From Candidatus Brocadiia bacterium (GTDB lineage Bacteria; Planctomycetota; Brocadiia; CAIUPP01): a stretch of DNA of 64,000 bases. The stretch is from positions 12,526 to 76,525 of the forward strand of contig JBEKCB010000026.1 of NCBI GenBank assembly GCA_050015075.1, in the 5' to 3' direction. This document shows, in pieces, positions 1 through 10,279 of the stretch. The notes below the pieces were generated by a model. The model was given only the letters and a program-made list of their open reading frames with translations. It was not told the origin of the DNA and did no database searches. Both the position numbers and the translations under genes were made by a program. Within the stretch, counting starts at the first letter, position 1. Each line of letters opens with the position of its first letter.

Positions 1-333
1 GCCGCGATCCTCAAGGGACGCAAGATCGCGCCGGGTCTCCGCGTCATCGTGATCCCGGCCACGCAGGAAATCTATCTCCAGGCGATGGAGGAAGGGCTGC
101 TGAAGATTTTCGTCGAGGCGGAAGCGGTCGTCTCGACGCCGACCTGCGGCCCGTGCCTCGGCGGCCACATGGGCATCCTCGCCGCGGGCGAGCGCGCCCT
201 GGCGACGACGAACCGCAACTTCGTCGGGCGCATGGGAAGTCCCAAGAGCGAGGTTTATCTCTGCGGTCCGGCCGTGGCGGCTGCCAGCGCGCTCACCGGA
301 CGCATTACCCATCCGGACGAGGTGATGAAATGA
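1..333 (+). CDS. leuC: 3-isopropylmalate dehydratase large subunit (LeuC/HacA family), 3' part
   Basis: Aconitase-family motifs [10 protein letters not shown] and [11 protein letters not shown]; runs off window start; ATGA overlap with small subunit. Confidence 0.9.
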   Translation, partial: AAILKGRKIAPGLRVIVIPATQEIYLQAMEEGLLKIFVEAEAVVSTPTCGPCLGGHMGILAAGERALATTNRNFVGRMGSPKSEVYLCGPAVAAASALTGRITHPDEVMK

Positions 334-818
334 GAGGAAAATGCTGGAAGTTCGGCGACCACGTGGACACGGACCAGATTATCCCGGCGCGCTATCTCAA
401 CGTGAGCGACGCGGCTGAGCTCGCCAAACATTGCATGGAGGACGCCGACGCGGACTTCTCGAAGAAGGTCCGCCGCGGCGACCTGATCGTGGCCGGCGAG
501 AATTTCGGCTGCGGCTCGTCGCGCGAGCATGCCCCGCTGTGCATCAAGGAGTCCGGCGTCGCGTGCGTGATCGCGAAGTCCTTCGCGCGCATCTTCTTCC
601 GTAACGCCATCAACATCGGCCTGCCGATCCTCGAATGCCCGGATGCCGTCGAGGCGATCTCTGAGGGCGATCAGATCGAGGTGAACCTCGCCGCCGGGAC
701 GGTCCGGCATCTGGGCACCGGCAAGACGTACTCCACCGCGCCGTTCCCGCGCGAGTTGCAGGAGATCATCGCCGCCGGCGGCCTGATGAACTACGCCCGG
801 AAGACGGCGCGGAAATAA
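330..818 (+). CDS. leuD: 3-isopropylmalate dehydratase small subunit
   Basis: [40 protein letters not shown]; ATG at 330 overlaps leuC stop. Confidence 0.92.
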   Translation: MRGKCWKFGDHVDTDQIIPARYLNVSDAAELAKHCMEDADADFSKKVRRGDLIVAGENFGCGSSREHAPLCIKESGVACVIAKSFARIFFRNAINIGLPILECPDAVEAISEGDQIEVNLAAGTVRHLGTGKTYSTAPFPRELQEIIAAGGLMNYARKTARK

Positions 819-840
819 GTATGCGGACGGTCGCCGCAGG

Positions 841-933
841 TTCACCACGACGAGACGACGGGCACAACGAATGTCAAAACAGCGAACTCTTGTAACAGTA
901 GTTCCGTCGTGATCGTCGCGCCGTCGTGGTGGA
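841..933. repeat. Imperfect inverted repeat (REP-like or terminator) after leuD
   Basis: caccacgacg at 843-852 pairs with cgtcgtggtg at 922-931, with further imperfect pairing inside. Confidence 0.5.
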
Positions 934-985
934 AGAGTGCGTTCCGTTGCTTTCGCGAACGTCAATGACAAACCCAGGAGGCCCG

Positions 986-1933
986 ATGGCCCACAAGCGC
1001 AAGACGATCCTCTCCTTCTACTGCGATGACACTGGTCCCTATCGCGTCGGGGCGAAGCCGTTCCAGACGTTCCTCGACTACTGCGCCGAGCAGAAGATCG
1101 CCGGCGAGTCGAGCGCCATCCTCGGCGGCGGCGGCCATTCCATGACCCGCGACCCGGGCCGCGAGGAGAAGGCGTTCCTCAAGCAGGTCGCGCGGGCCTG
1201 GGACTGCGGCATCGGCACGCACATGGAGGTGATGACGCACGGCGCGCTCTTCGACTTCAAGGCCAACCGTCCGCGCGAGGGCGCGGTCCACGAAGGCCTG
1301 TGGCTGCACGAGCCGGCGGTCGCCCAGGCCGCGTACGAGCGCTACTTCCGCAGCATCATCGCCGAAGGCGAGCGCGCGGGCATCCGGTTCACCGGCTTCA
1401 CGTGGCCCGGCTGCGGCTGCGATCCCTGCACGCGCCGGTACGCCGCGCTGCGGGCCAGGGGCTACACGACGCCCAATCCCGCCTTCTGGAAAGCCCTGCT
1501 CGCGCTGGCCAAGAAAGGGAAATTCCGCGGGCCGACGGTGCCGTGCTTCTTCGGCTCCGACGAGAAGAAGGGCGCCATCCATCGGAAGGCGTCTGGCGGG
1601 GGCTGCGGCGTCTACGACCTCATGCCCAACGCGAAGGACAAATTCGGCATCTGGGAAAACAATCCCGCGCATGTGGACCCGGACTACTACATCACCGCCG
1701 ACGGCAAATCGGGCATCCTCGTGCGTCACGTCAAGGCCGGCGCGCCGTACGCCATCTGGTATGCCCACTGGCAGGGCCTGAACCCCGCCAAAGGCGTCGG
1801 CTGGAAGGCGTTCACGACCGTGGTGAAAAGGATCGGCAAGCACCTGTCCGGCCGAGTCGTCTGGATGCGCCCGAGCGACATCACGGACCGCTATCACAAG
1901 GCCGGCGGCTGGGGGTTCGTGGACGAACTGTGA
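986..1933 (+). CDS. Hypothetical protein, possibly polysaccharide deacetylase-like fold
   Basis: AGGAGG RBS before ATG 986; N-terminal SFYCDD, HMEVMTH, FTWPG and YAHWQ motifs loosely resemble NodB-type barrels. Confidence 0.55.
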   Translation: MAHKRKTILSFYCDDTGPYRVGAKPFQTFLDYCAEQKIAGESSAILGGGGHSMTRDPGREEKAFLKQVARAWDCGIGTHMEVMTHGALFDFKANRPREGAVHEGLWLHEPAVAQAAYERYFRSIIAEGERAGIRFTGFTWPGCGCDPCTRRYAALRARGYTTPNPAFWKALLALAKKGKFRGPTVPCFFGSDEKKGAIHRKASGGGCGVYDLMPNAKDKFGIWENNPAHVDPDYYITADGKSGILVRHVKAGAPYAIWYAHWQGLNPAKGVGWKAFTTVVKRIGKHLSGRVVWMRPSDITDRYHKAGGWGFVDEL

Positions 1934-2080
1934 GGGCAGGAGGTCCGGTTGAAGACGAGGCCCGTCCCCATTTTGCCTGAATTCGCTTGCAGGATCGCTA
2001 TGGGGAGATACGATGCTGAAAACGGCTGACGGCGGTCGTCGGCAGGAAGTCATATGGGAAATGTCGGAGGAGAGCTTCTA

Positions 2081-4189
2081 ATGAAGAGCAGATTTGCAGC
2101 GGCAATTGCATCGGCGGCAGTCATCGGCGTCCTCGGCTCAGGTGCTTTGCTGGCCCAAGCCAGTCCGGCCGAGCCCGATCCGGCGGCGTTCCTGGCGGAC
2201 GTGATGAGGAACCCGAACCTGGCAAACAAAGGCACAGGCGAGTTGTACTGCTGGCATGCCTCCGCCGAGACGGAAACGTTCCTCAATGCCTACCTGACCT
2301 ACCAGGACACCAGGTGGCTCGACGCCGCCATCAAGGATTATGACGCTTTCATCGCGAAGCTGCACAAGGATCCCGACGGCTACGAGGGCTGGATCGGCGA
2401 TAACGGCGATGAACTGCTCGTCGCGAAGGGCCTTTCCACCGACGAGGTCGTGGGCGATGCGCTCCTCTGCGCACCGCTGGCCCGCTTCGCCGAGATCGTG
2501 ATGCACGATCCCAAGCTCAAGGAAGCCTACGGCAAGAAGGCCCGGCAGTACCTCGATCTGGCTACGAGAATCTGCTGGGAGAAGTACAACAAGCGCGGCT
2601 GTTACTACGAGGACTCTGCCGGCTGGGGCAGCTACCACACCTACCCCAAAGTCGTGGACCTGAAGGCCAACAAGTGGATCGCCGCCCCCAACCGGCTCAT
2701 CAGCGACAACCTCAACAAGCATTACCGCATGTCTCTGGTGATGCTGCGGCTATGGCGAGCCACGGGCAACGAAGAATATCGCCAGCGGGTCCTGAAGGTG
2801 TTCGGCCGGGCGAAGACGATGTGGCGGTATTTCCTCGAGGAAGACCGCATCACTTGGAACTTCTGGATGCCGCACGGCCCGTACGATATGGACGGACGCT
2901 CGCCCCGAAGCTGGGTGGCCGTCCATCCTGCCAACGCGGGCTACCAAGCCGGCGAGGTGGAGATGTTCGTGGAAGTCTATGACTCCGGCCTGGTCTTCGA
3001 GCAGTCCGACATGGAGAAACTAATCCACGCCAACCATTGGATGGCCGAAGGACCGGGCGGCTGGCGGAGCTCAGACGGCTCGACCAAGAGCGGCACGCTT
3101 TGGGACGCCCTGGCCCGATTCGACGACAAGATTCGCCAGAAACTGGAGGCCGAACTGGCCCGCAACGCCTCGGACGCAGGCTCGCAGATCGCCCAGGCCT
3201 ATCTCAAATACGAGATGGCCAAGGCGCCCGGCTGGACGCGCCTCTATGTGAGCGATCCGGCGAAAGTGCAGGTGGTGAAGGTTCCGCTTCAGCCCGGCCG
3301 GGCCATTTCCGCCTCGGTGATCGTGCTCGACGCGGTGGAACTGGCCAATAAAGGCCGGGTGCAATTCGTCACGCAGGCCCGCGAGAAAGGCAAGCTCAAG
3401 ATCGAGCTTCTCGACGCGGCGGGGAAGGACGTTCTAGGCACCCTGGCCGAGATCGAGGAGACCCAGGACGGGCAGCAGGACGCGCCGTACTGGGACGGCA
3501 CAAACCCCAAGACGGGCAAGAAGGAGTTAGGCGAATACCTGGTTCGCTGGACGCTGAACGGTCAGAGCCGCACCGCGCCGGTCTGGGTGAAACAGGGCGT
3601 TGCCCGCAAGACCGAAGGTCCCAAGGCGCTTCTGCCCGGCGAGACGATCAAGGCCGATTTCGAGGGGAATCTCGATCCACGATGGAAGCTTGACGCGGCC
3701 GCCACGAGCACGGAGCGGGCGCATTCCGGCAAGGCGTCACTGAAGGTGGAAGGCTCGGCCCAGCTTGTTTTTGGATCGAGCGAGGACCTGCCCGTGAAGG
3801 TCCGGATGTGGGTCTTTGACAGCGGCGCGAAGTTCGGCACGTCGGGCAAGAACGGCCCGGCGTGGGGCGTGGGGACGGCCGACGGCGACAAGCTGTGCCT
3901 GTGGCAGGTCTGGCGGCCCTACTTGGCCGGCGATGAGGAATACGGCTGGGTCAACACGGGCGAGAACGCCTGGTACTCACCGCACCCTGGCGCGGGGGCC
4001 CGCAAGAGCGGCTGGGTCGAATGCGTATTCGATTTCAGCGACAAGAAGAACATCAAAGTGACCGTCGGCGGCCAGCCGGCGAAGTTGTACGCCAACCTCA
4101 CGCCATCCGGCGCGGCAAGCGTTTACCTTCGCGGCGGCGACGGCCTGCCTCTGTACGTGGACGACATCACCGTGGAGTACGCGAAGTAG
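2081..4189 (+). CDS. Secreted protein: uncharacterised helical (alpha/alpha-toroid-like) domain plus C-terminal beta/CBM-like domains
   Basis: Signal peptide MKSRFAAAIASAAVIGVLGSGALLAQA; GGAGG RBS; N-terminal domain paralogous to 42266-43654. Confidence 0.7.
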   Translation: MKSRFAAAIASAAVIGVLGSGALLAQASPAEPDPAAFLADVMRNPNLANKGTGELYCWHASAETETFLNAYLTYQDTRWLDAAIKDYDAFIAKLHKDPDGYEGWIGDNGDELLVAKGLSTDEVVGDALLCAPLARFAEIVMHDPKLKEAYGKKARQYLDLATRICWEKYNKRGCYYEDSAGWGSYHTYPKVVDLKANKWIAAPNRLISDNLNKHYRMSLVMLRLWRATGNEEYRQRVLKVFGRAKTMWRYFLEEDRITWNFWMPHGPYDMDGRSPRSWVAVHPANAGYQAGEVEMFVEVYDSGLVFEQSDMEKLIHANHWMAEGPGGWRSSDGSTKSGTLWDALARFDDKIRQKLEAELARNASDAGSQIAQAYLKYEMAKAPGWTRLYVSDPAKVQVVKVPLQPGRAISASVIVLDAVELANKGRVQFVTQAREKGKLKIELLDAAGKDVLGTLAEIEETQDGQQDAPYWDGTNPKTGKKELGEYLVRWTLNGQSRTAPVWVKQGVARKTEGPKALLPGETIKADFEGNLDPRWKLDAAATSTERAHSGKASLKVEGSAQLVFGSSEDLPVKVRMWVFDSGAKFGTSGKNGPAWGVGTADGDKLCLWQVWRPYLAGDEEYGWVNTGENAWYSPHPGAGARKSGWVECVFDFSDKKNIKVTVGGQPAKLYANLTPSGAASVYLRGGDGLPLYVDDITVEYAK

Positions 4190-4223
4190 TTTCGCGGGAT
4201 GTTTCATTTTGTGCCTGGCGATA

Positions 4224-4258
4224 AAGAAGCCCACCGGAAAGCCTCCGGTGGGCTTCTT
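4224..4258. terminator. Rho-independent terminator
   Basis: 15-bp perfect stem aagaagcccaccgga / tccggtgggcttctt downstream of the 4189 stop. Confidence 0.75.
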
Positions 4259-4529
4259 GCGAGATCGTTCCCAGACGTCGCGAAGGCGGGTGCCGCTGGT
4301 TCTTGAGCCTTGAGCGCTCGGGGCGCAGATGAAAACCATGTTCATAGGCCTGATCGGCTCTCTGAGCGGCTTGACTCCTCGGGCTTCCGCCCACTTGCCG
4401 CCTCGGCGGCTAAGCGTGCGCCTTCTGACCGTGTGCCTCCAGTCCCTGGGAGGCTATTGCAGGCGCAGTGCTGGGAATCATAGTGGCAAGTGCCATTACA
4501 AGACAGCGGTCACTTAAGGCTGCATTAGC

Positions 4530-4742
4530 GTGGAAGCATGGCTTATAATCACTATTGTGTTAAGCACCGTCGGGGCGGCGTATTTCGTCTACGGGTGGAG
4601 GCAAAAGGAGGGGATCTTCCTGGCGGCAGGTGTAGCCCTCTCCGTCTTTCCCTTTGTGATCTCCAATCCCTATGCCTTGAGCGGCATTGGGGTTGCCCTG
4701 TTGGTTGCGCCCTTCGTCATCCGGCTCTGGGCGTACAGGTAA
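4530..4742 (+). CDS. Small membrane protein (about 3 TM segments)
   Basis: 70 aa, strongly hydrophobic; GAAYFVYGWRQK motif. Confidence 0.55.
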   Translation: MEAWLIITIVLSTVGAAYFVYGWRQKEGIFLAAGVALSVFPFVISNPYALSGIGVALLVAPFVIRLWAYR

Positions 4743-4782
4743 TCGTTCTGCCGGGGGAAAATAGGGATAGGCCGTTTTCCCC

Positions 4783-4892
4783 AAGACGATCCGCAAGCAT
4801 TTGTCCGACCGAGCAGTCTGGTCGCGCCCAAGCGACATCACCGACCGCTACTACAAAGCCGGCGGATGGGGGTTCGTGGACGAACTGTGAGG
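4783..4892 (+). pseudogene. Degenerate copy of the 3' end of the 986-1933 gene
   Basis: Aligns with 1826-1935 including ...gggttcgtggacgaactgtgagg and the stop codon. Confidence 0.85.
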
Positions 4893-4924
4893 CGGGGTTA
4901 TTCTGCGAACGTGATCCTCGTGGT

Positions 4925-4976
4925 AGTTGTGTATGGTGTCACCAGAATTCCTGGGACACCATTATGTCCCAGGAAT
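4925..4976. repeat. Cluster of three RAYT-type REP-like repeats (one full, two partial)
   Basis: agttgtgtatggtgtcaccagaatt, aattcctgggacaccat, tgtcccaggaat; same family as the repeats around 54453-55118. Confidence 0.75.
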
Positions 4977-5333
4977 GCTCTTCAACTCAGTTCTCCCGTC
5001 GCCGTATAAGTAATAGTACTCGTGCTTCCCTAAAGGCGTGTCATACGGGCGCACAATCAATAGAACTTGGGCGCGTTTGCCAAAGCTTGATGGCTCGTAA
5101 AGCATTACCCAGCCAATCTTCGAGAACTTCGTTTCGACGTCAGATCTTGAACTACTCTCACCGAGTTCATGCGTTACCACCTGCGCTTGTTCCCGGAACT
5201 CGGCATATTGCTCGGCACGTCTTGCGATAGCACGACTAATAGTCTGTTCGTGCACCAGCCAGATAAACCAAATGCCAACACAACCCGCGGCTAGCACCGC
5301 GAGGATTCGTGGGGCCATTTCTCTCAAGTGCAT
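4962..5333 (-). CDS. Hypothetical membrane-anchored cassette protein; its stop codon lies inside a REP-like repeat
   Basis: N-terminal TM (ILAVLAAGCVGIWFIWLV); ends ...KSIPGT* within attcctgggacataa; AT-richer than flanks. Confidence 0.55.
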   Translation of the reverse strand: MHLREMAPRILAVLAAGCVGIWFIWLVHEQTISRAIARRAEQYAEFREQAQVVTHELGESSSRSDVETKFSKIGWVMLYEPSSFGKRAQVLLIVRPYDTPLGKHEYYYLYGDGRTELKSIPGT

Positions 5334-5372
5334 TAGTTTCCAATCAAGGCAGGACGGTATGCATCCGCCGGC

Positions 5373-5442
5373 ATTCCTGGGACGCCATACATAACTAATG
5401 CTGCCGATGGTGCGAATCGTTATGTATGGCATCCCCGGAACT
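5373..5442. repeat. Inverted pair of RAYT-type REP-like repeats
   Basis: attcctgggacgccatacataact (5373-5396) and gttatgtatggcatccccggaact (5419-5442). Confidence 0.8.
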
Positions 5443-5493
5443 GGCACATTGAAAGTTGGCGGTCTTTTTCAATAGCCCCGCTATCTCCGTTTA

Positions 5494-5991
5494 TTACTTA
5501 TGGTGCCTTAGATTAGCGAAGAAGGGCGCCTTGGGAAATGGGGGACTTATGGGCTCGAGGGCGACAGCCCATTCCTTATGCTCCCAATCCAGAAACGCTA
5601 ATTCATCGAGTTTCTGGTTGTCTTTGTGGTTCCGTCTTTCCTGCTCAAACGAACATTGGAGACCCGATGCAGTTTCCTCGCAACGAACCTTCACCCTCCA
5701 GTCAGTCTTGTCAGGCGCCTTGAATCCCAGATATTCGGTCGGCTCGTAAATCTTGCCATTCTCGTCTTTCACAATCCATCTCGGGCCGGCACGCTTGTCC
5801 GCCTCTGTCAGCCATGCCACATACCTGAGGTCGTCCCATCCGATGATATGGATGGATTTCGATCGCCCTTCCTGCATGTCCTGCGCCGAGACCGCACCGC
5901 CCTGAAGCACGCCGAACATCGTGACGCAGGTCGCGAGCACACTGAACGCCACAGCCGATACGCTGGTCCGATCCGTCATTCTGCGGCTCAT
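5494..5991 (-). CDS. Hypothetical secreted protein (cassette gene, possible immunity protein)
   Basis: Signal-peptide-like N-terminus ending AVSA-Q; G-rich RBS; AT-richer codon usage. Confidence 0.6.
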   Translation of the reverse strand: MSRRMTDRTSVSAVAFSVLATCVTMFGVLQGGAVSAQDMQEGRSKSIHIIGWDDLRYVAWLTEADKRAGPRWIVKDENGKIYEPTEYLGFKAPDKTDWRVKVRCEETASGLQCSFEQERRNHKDNQKLDELAFLDWEHKEWAVALEPISPPFPKAPFFANLRHHK

Positions 5992-6190
5992 GTGGTTCCC
6001 CCCTTGATAAGAGATTTTTCAAAAGACTGCGGAGTGTTGGCATCGTGAATTCTGGTTTCGAATCTTGCCTCCTTTTCTAGCCCGGTTCGCCCCGGTTCAC
6101 TGCGCCCCTTGTGTTCCGAACGGAAGCAGCACCTTGTGCCGCATCTGCTCGAAGCTAGCACGGGTGCGTGGATGTGTCAAGGAGTTAATG

Positions 6191-7180
6191 CTACCGATTG
6201 ACGTGCTGCATCATCGCCTCCGGGTAGCGCGGGCCGCTGGCAGCGCCTTTGGGCATCACTTCGGCGAGCGCTTCGAGATCGGAGCGCGTGAGTTGAACCC
6301 GCAGCGCGGCGGCGTTCTCCGAGAGGTGCGCCCGGTGCGTGGTGCCCGGGATCGGGACGATGAATCGCTCCTGCGCCAGGACCCACGCCAGCGCCAGTTG
6401 CCCCGCCGTGATTCCCTTGCCCTTCGCGATCTCCTGGACCCGCTTGACGAGCCGGAGATTCTTCTGGAAGTTGTCGCCTTGGAAACGCGGAGAATTCCGG
6501 CGGTAGTCGTCGGGCGCCAGGTCGTCGAACTTCTGAAATCTCCCGGTCAGGAAGCCGCGCCCGAGCGGGCTGTACGCGACGAAGCCGATGCCCAGTTTCT
6601 TCACGAGCGGCAGGATCATGTCCTCCGGGTCGCGGCTCCAGAGGGAATACTCCGTCTGGAGGGCGCTGATCTGGTGCGTGCGATGGGCGCGCTTGATTGT
6701 TTCCGGAGCGGCCTCGGACAGCCCGAGGTAGCGCACCTTGCCATCGCTGACCAGGTCGGCCATCGCGCCGACGGTGTCCTGGATCGGCACGGTCGGATCA
6801 ACGCGGTGCTGGTAATAGAGGTCAATGTGGTCCACGCGCAGCCGCTTGAGCGAGGCGTCGCAGCACTGCTTGACGTACTCCGGCCGCCCGTTGATGCCGC
6901 GCGCGTTCGGGTCGGAGGGATTGCGGACGACGCCGAATTTCGTCGCCAGCACGACGCGGTTCCGGTTGCCACGGATCGCCTTGCCGACCAGTTCCTCATT
7001 GGTGAAGGGGCCGTAAATATCGGACGTGTCAATCAGGGTGATCCCCAGGTCGAGCGCCTGGTGAATCGTGGAGATGCACTCCTCCTCGTCCGCCTTCCCG
7101 TAGAACTCCGACATTCCCATGCAGCCGAGCCCCAGCGCTGAAACGACCAACCCCTGTGTCCCCAATGCGCGTTGCTCCAT
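6191..7180 (-). CDS. Aldo/keto reductase
   Basis: [42 protein letters not shown]. Confidence 0.95.
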   Translation of the reverse strand: MEQRALGTQGLVVSALGLGCMGMSEFYGKADEEECISTIHQALDLGITLIDTSDIYGPFTNEELVGKAIRGNRNRVVLATKFGVVRNPSDPNARGINGRPEYVKQCCDASLKRLRVDHIDLYYQHRVDPTVPIQDTVGAMADLVSDGKVRYLGLSEAAPETIKRAHRTHQISALQTEYSLWSRDPEDMILPLVKKLGIGFVAYSPLGRGFLTGRFQKFDDLAPDDYRRNSPRFQGDNFQKNLRLVKRVQEIAKGKGITAGQLALAWVLAQERFIVPIPGTTHRAHLSENAAALRVQLTRSDLEALAEVMPKGAASGPRYPEAMMQHVNR

Positions 7181-7193
7181 CGTTCGCCCTCCT

Positions 7194-8705
7194 TTATGCC
7201 CTGGTTTCCGCGCGCGCGCCTACGGACTGATCCTCCCGGAGCAGGCTGGTGAGCGCGCCGAGAAAAACGAAGACGGCCCCGACGGCATAGCCGACGCTGG
7301 CGTCGTGGAAGATCTGCAGTTTCTCCATGTGCACGGCGGCTGCGACGCCGCTCGGGATCTCGATGCCGGCGACGGCCGAACTGACGGCGATGCCGAACGC
7401 CATGCCCAGGTTTCTCATGGTGGACAGGACGCCTCCGCCGATGCCCAGGTGCGTGCGCGGCACGCTGCCCATGATCGCGCTGTTGTTCGGCGACTGGAAC
7501 AGCCCGGTGCCGATCCCGACGAGCAGCATCATGCACAGGATGACCGGCAGCGCGCGCTCCTGCGCGATGCTTCCCGCGTGGACCCCGTGCAGGAGAACGG
7601 CCATGCCCGCCAGCCCGACCGCCACAACGGTCTCGCCGGCCGCGGCCAGGCCGCGCGTGCCGATGCGGTCGGAGAGCGACCCGCTGATCGGCGCCAGGAG
7701 CATCACTCCCGCCGGAACCGCCGCGATGATCCAGCCGGCCTTCGCCGTATTATAGCCGAATCCGTTCTCCAGCAACACGGGCGTCAGGAAAACCGCGCAG
7801 GATTGCCCGAGGAAGTTCATCATCGAGGCCAGGTTCGCCCCGGCGAAGACGCGGTTGCGGAAAAGGGAAAGGTCCAGCATCGGCGCCGGGTGGCGGCGCT
7901 CCTGCCGGATGAAGACGATCGCGCTCGCCAGCGACAGCGCCAGCAGAGCCAGGACAGCGGGCGAGACCCAGCCCCACGAACTGCCGTTGGTGATCGCCAG
8001 CAGCAGGGCGGTCAGCATGGCCACCGCGAGCAACCCGCCCGGCCAGTCCACCCGCGCCGGCCGCCCGAGGCGCAGCGGCGGCAGCATCCGCCAGCACCAC
8101 AGGCTGCCGAAGAGACCGATCGGCAGGTTGATGAAAAACACCCAGCGCCAGCTTCCCTGAAGGTGCGCGAGGAACCCGCCGAAGGTCGGCCCGATGACCA
8201 GCCCGATGGCCACGCACATCCCCACGACGCCCAGCGCCCGGCCGCGCTCCTCGGCGGGAAAGATCGCCGTGACGATGCCGGAACTCAGCGCCATCATCAT
8301 GCACGCCCCGACCGCCTGCAGCACCCGCGCGCCGATCAGCCAGCCGAGAGTCGGCGCCAGCCCGCAGAGTGCCGAGGAGACCGTGAACAGCGCCGCCCCG
8401 ACAAGATAGATGCGCCGGAAACCCCACAAGTCGCCCAGCCGTCCCATCGGCAGAATAAGTCCGCCGATGACGATCAGGTATGCCAACTGCACCCAGGCCA
8501 CCTTGGCCAGATGCGCGACGTGGAAATCCTGCTGGATGACCGGGATGATGATGTTGACGGCGCTGCCGTCCACCGGCGCCATAACCAGGACCGCCATCAC
8601 CGACGCCAGGATCCACCAGCGGTTCGGATACTGTCCGGATGTCAAGCGAGGTTCCCTTCCCTCTTGAGGCGGCATTCGGGATTTGCGGCACGTTCCGTCG
8701 GTCAT
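7194..8705 (-). CDS. MFS drug:H+ antiporter (DHA2, EmrB/QacA-like)
   Basis: [11 protein letters not shown] motif [13 protein letters not shown], about 14 TM segments; start codon uncertain. Confidence 0.9.
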   Translation of the reverse strand: MTDGTCRKSRMPPQEGREPRLTSGQYPNRWWILASVMAVLVMAPVDGSAVNIIIPVIQQDFHVAHLAKVAWVQLAYLIVIGGLILPMGRLGDLWGFRRIYLVGAALFTVSSALCGLAPTLGWLIGARVLQAVGACMMMALSSGIVTAIFPAEERGRALGVVGMCVAIGLVIGPTFGGFLAHLQGSWRWVFFINLPIGLFGSLWCWRMLPPLRLGRPARVDWPGGLLAVAMLTALLLAITNGSSWGWVSPAVLALLALSLASAIVFIRQERRHPAPMLDLSLFRNRVFAGANLASMMNFLGQSCAVFLTPVLLENGFGYNTAKAGWIIAAVPAGVMLLAPISGSLSDRIGTRGLAAAGETVVAVGLAGMAVLLHGVHAGSIAQERALPVILCMMLLVGIGTGLFQSPNNSAIMGSVPRTHLGIGGGVLSTMRNLGMAFGIAVSSAVAGIEIPSGVAAAVHMEKLQIFHDASVGYAVGAVFVFLGALTSLLREDQSVGARAETRA

Positions 8706-8774
8706 TGTGCCTTCCCCCGGGAGATAAGGCAAATGCCGATCGGCACATGGCCATCGGCCATTTTGCGCATGCTC

Positions 8775-8803
8775 TTGACAGCCCGCGCCGGATACGGTAA
8801 AAA
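8775..8803 (+). promoter_or_regulatory. Sigma70-type promoter of tRNA-Glu
   Basis: TTGACA-17 bp-TAAAAA ending 22 bp upstream of the tRNA. Confidence 0.65.
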
Positions 8804-8825
8804 CAGGAGACCATCTGAAAACCGC

Positions 8826-8901
8826 GCCCCCTTCGTCCAGCGGCCCAGGATGCTAGATTCTCAGTCTAGAGACAAGGGTTCGAGTCCCTTAGGGGGTGCC
8901 A
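8826..8901 (+). tRNA. tRNA-Glu (anticodon CTC)
   Basis: Acceptor stem GCCCCCT/AGGGGGT, anticodon arm CTAGA-TTCTCAG-TCTAG, T-arm AAGGG-TTCGAGT-CCCTT, encoded CCA; 76 nt. Confidence 0.95.
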
Positions 8902-8909
8902 ATCATAGG

Positions 8910-8946
8910 TCAAGGCTCCTGAGCAGGTTATGCCCAGGAGCCTTGA
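8910..8946 (+). terminator. Hairpin downstream of tRNA
   Basis: 12-bp stem tcaaggctcctg / caggagccttga. Confidence 0.6.
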
Positions 8947-9148
8947 TTGTTATCAGGCCGCACAGAAAGTCCGCGGCGCCATGGCGGCACCATAGAATCA
9001 CTTCTTCTCGTCGTCGGCGCCCGTCGGGCTTGCGACTTCGGTGTTTTGAGCGGGAAGAACTGCCATCTGAACCATTCGTTGCCATATTCGTTGATGCTGA
9101 ACTCGCCGCTGTTCTGGTCAGCCTCAACAGGTTGATCGCCCGCGCCCG

Positions 9149-10195
9149 CTATCTCGGTGCAAGCGTCACTTCCTGGATCCAGGGGGCTTGGTCGTAGTCG
9201 GAGGTGTAGAAGACGACGAGAATGCGGCCCTCGTCAAGTTCCAGCGCGTCGCCCATGCCGTAGGAGCCTGCTTGGATGGCCTCGTTGTCGTCAAGTGACA
9301 TCTCGGGCGTCCAGGTGCGCCCGCCGTCAGCGGTGAGGCGGCAGCAGTACAGTCGGCCTTTGCGCGGCCAGGTGGGCACGCGCTGCTCAGGGGGCGGGCC
9401 GCCGTGGTGGATGCCACGATACGTCACCAGCAACTCGCCGCCACGGAGGATGATGCCCGCGCCGGCCATCCCCTCGAACGAAGGCGCTGGCGGTTCCCAC
9501 GTGCGTCCGTTGTCGGCCGAGCGCGACGAATAGAACGTGCCGTTCGTGCGGATGAGGACGAAGAGTTCGCTGCCGCCCAGATGGAAGATCAGCGGCTCGT
9601 TCAGCGGCAGCTTGCCGAGACAGCCGAACGTGCCGATCCACGCCCGTACCCGCCATGAACGGCCGCGGTCGGACGATTCCATGCAGGCGGCGCTGGCGCC
9701 CTCACCCTCGGCCCGCCGGCCGTACCCGCCCAGCAGCCATACGCCGCTGGGCAGTTCGATGATTTTGCCGTAGGGCACCCACCACTGGTGGAACCCGGCC
9801 GCGCTGACGGGAGTGCGCGGCGAGAACGTCTCGCCGCAGTCGGCGCTGAAGGCGACGTACACACCGGCCGTCCGGCTATTGACGTCGTCCCACTGCCGCG
9901 AGAAGAGGACGATCGTGCCGTCAGTCATCCGCGTGAGGTCGCCGCAGCCCATCTCCTCGACGGCGCCCTCGTGGGTATAGAGCGTCCGCGGAGCCGACCA
10001 TCGGCCGTTCTCACGGCGGATAAGGCACAGGTCGCCATCGGCGCCGTGCGAGTACGTGCCCGGGCGCGATTTGCCGTCGCGGTAGGCCATGAGGATGCGC
10101 CCCGGCCCCGCCGGCGCCAGCCCCGGGAAACTCAGGTACCGATCCAGCCGCTTGGCGATGACGTCCCGCCGGTCGGTAATCTCGAAGTTTCTCAT
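9149..10195 (-). CDS. Sialidase-like BNR-repeat beta-propeller protein
   Basis: YLSFPG start; Asp-boxes SADCGETF, SSDRGRSW, SADNGRTW, TADGGRTW. Confidence 0.85.
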   Translation of the reverse strand: MRNFEITDRRDVIAKRLDRYLSFPGLAPAGPGRILMAYRDGKSRPGTYSHGADGDLCLIRRENGRWSAPRTLYTHEGAVEEMGCGDLTRMTDGTIVLFSRQWDDVNSRTAGVYVAFSADCGETFSPRTPVSAAGFHQWWVPYGKIIELPSGVWLLGGYGRRAEGEGASAACMESSDRGRSWRVRAWIGTFGCLGKLPLNEPLIFHLGGSELFVLIRTNGTFYSSRSADNGRTWEPPAPSFEGMAGAGIILRGGELLVTYRGIHHGGPPPEQRVPTWPRKGRLYCCRLTADGGRTWTPEMSLDDNEAIQAGSYGMGDALELDEGRILVVFYTSDYDQAPWIQEVTLAPR

Positions 10196-10279
10196 ATCCC
10201 AATCTCCCGCGAAACGCCGGCCTGCGAACCTGTCGTGGCCGCTGCTCGTCCGTCATCAGCCCTGGCCGAGGGGCTCAGA

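Noticed and set aside
7119-9197. 692-aa plus-strand ORF and similar long ORFs (31020-32822, 57286-58779, 61941-63746)
   Set aside because: High-GC antisense shadows of recognisable genes; this one also runs through the tRNA
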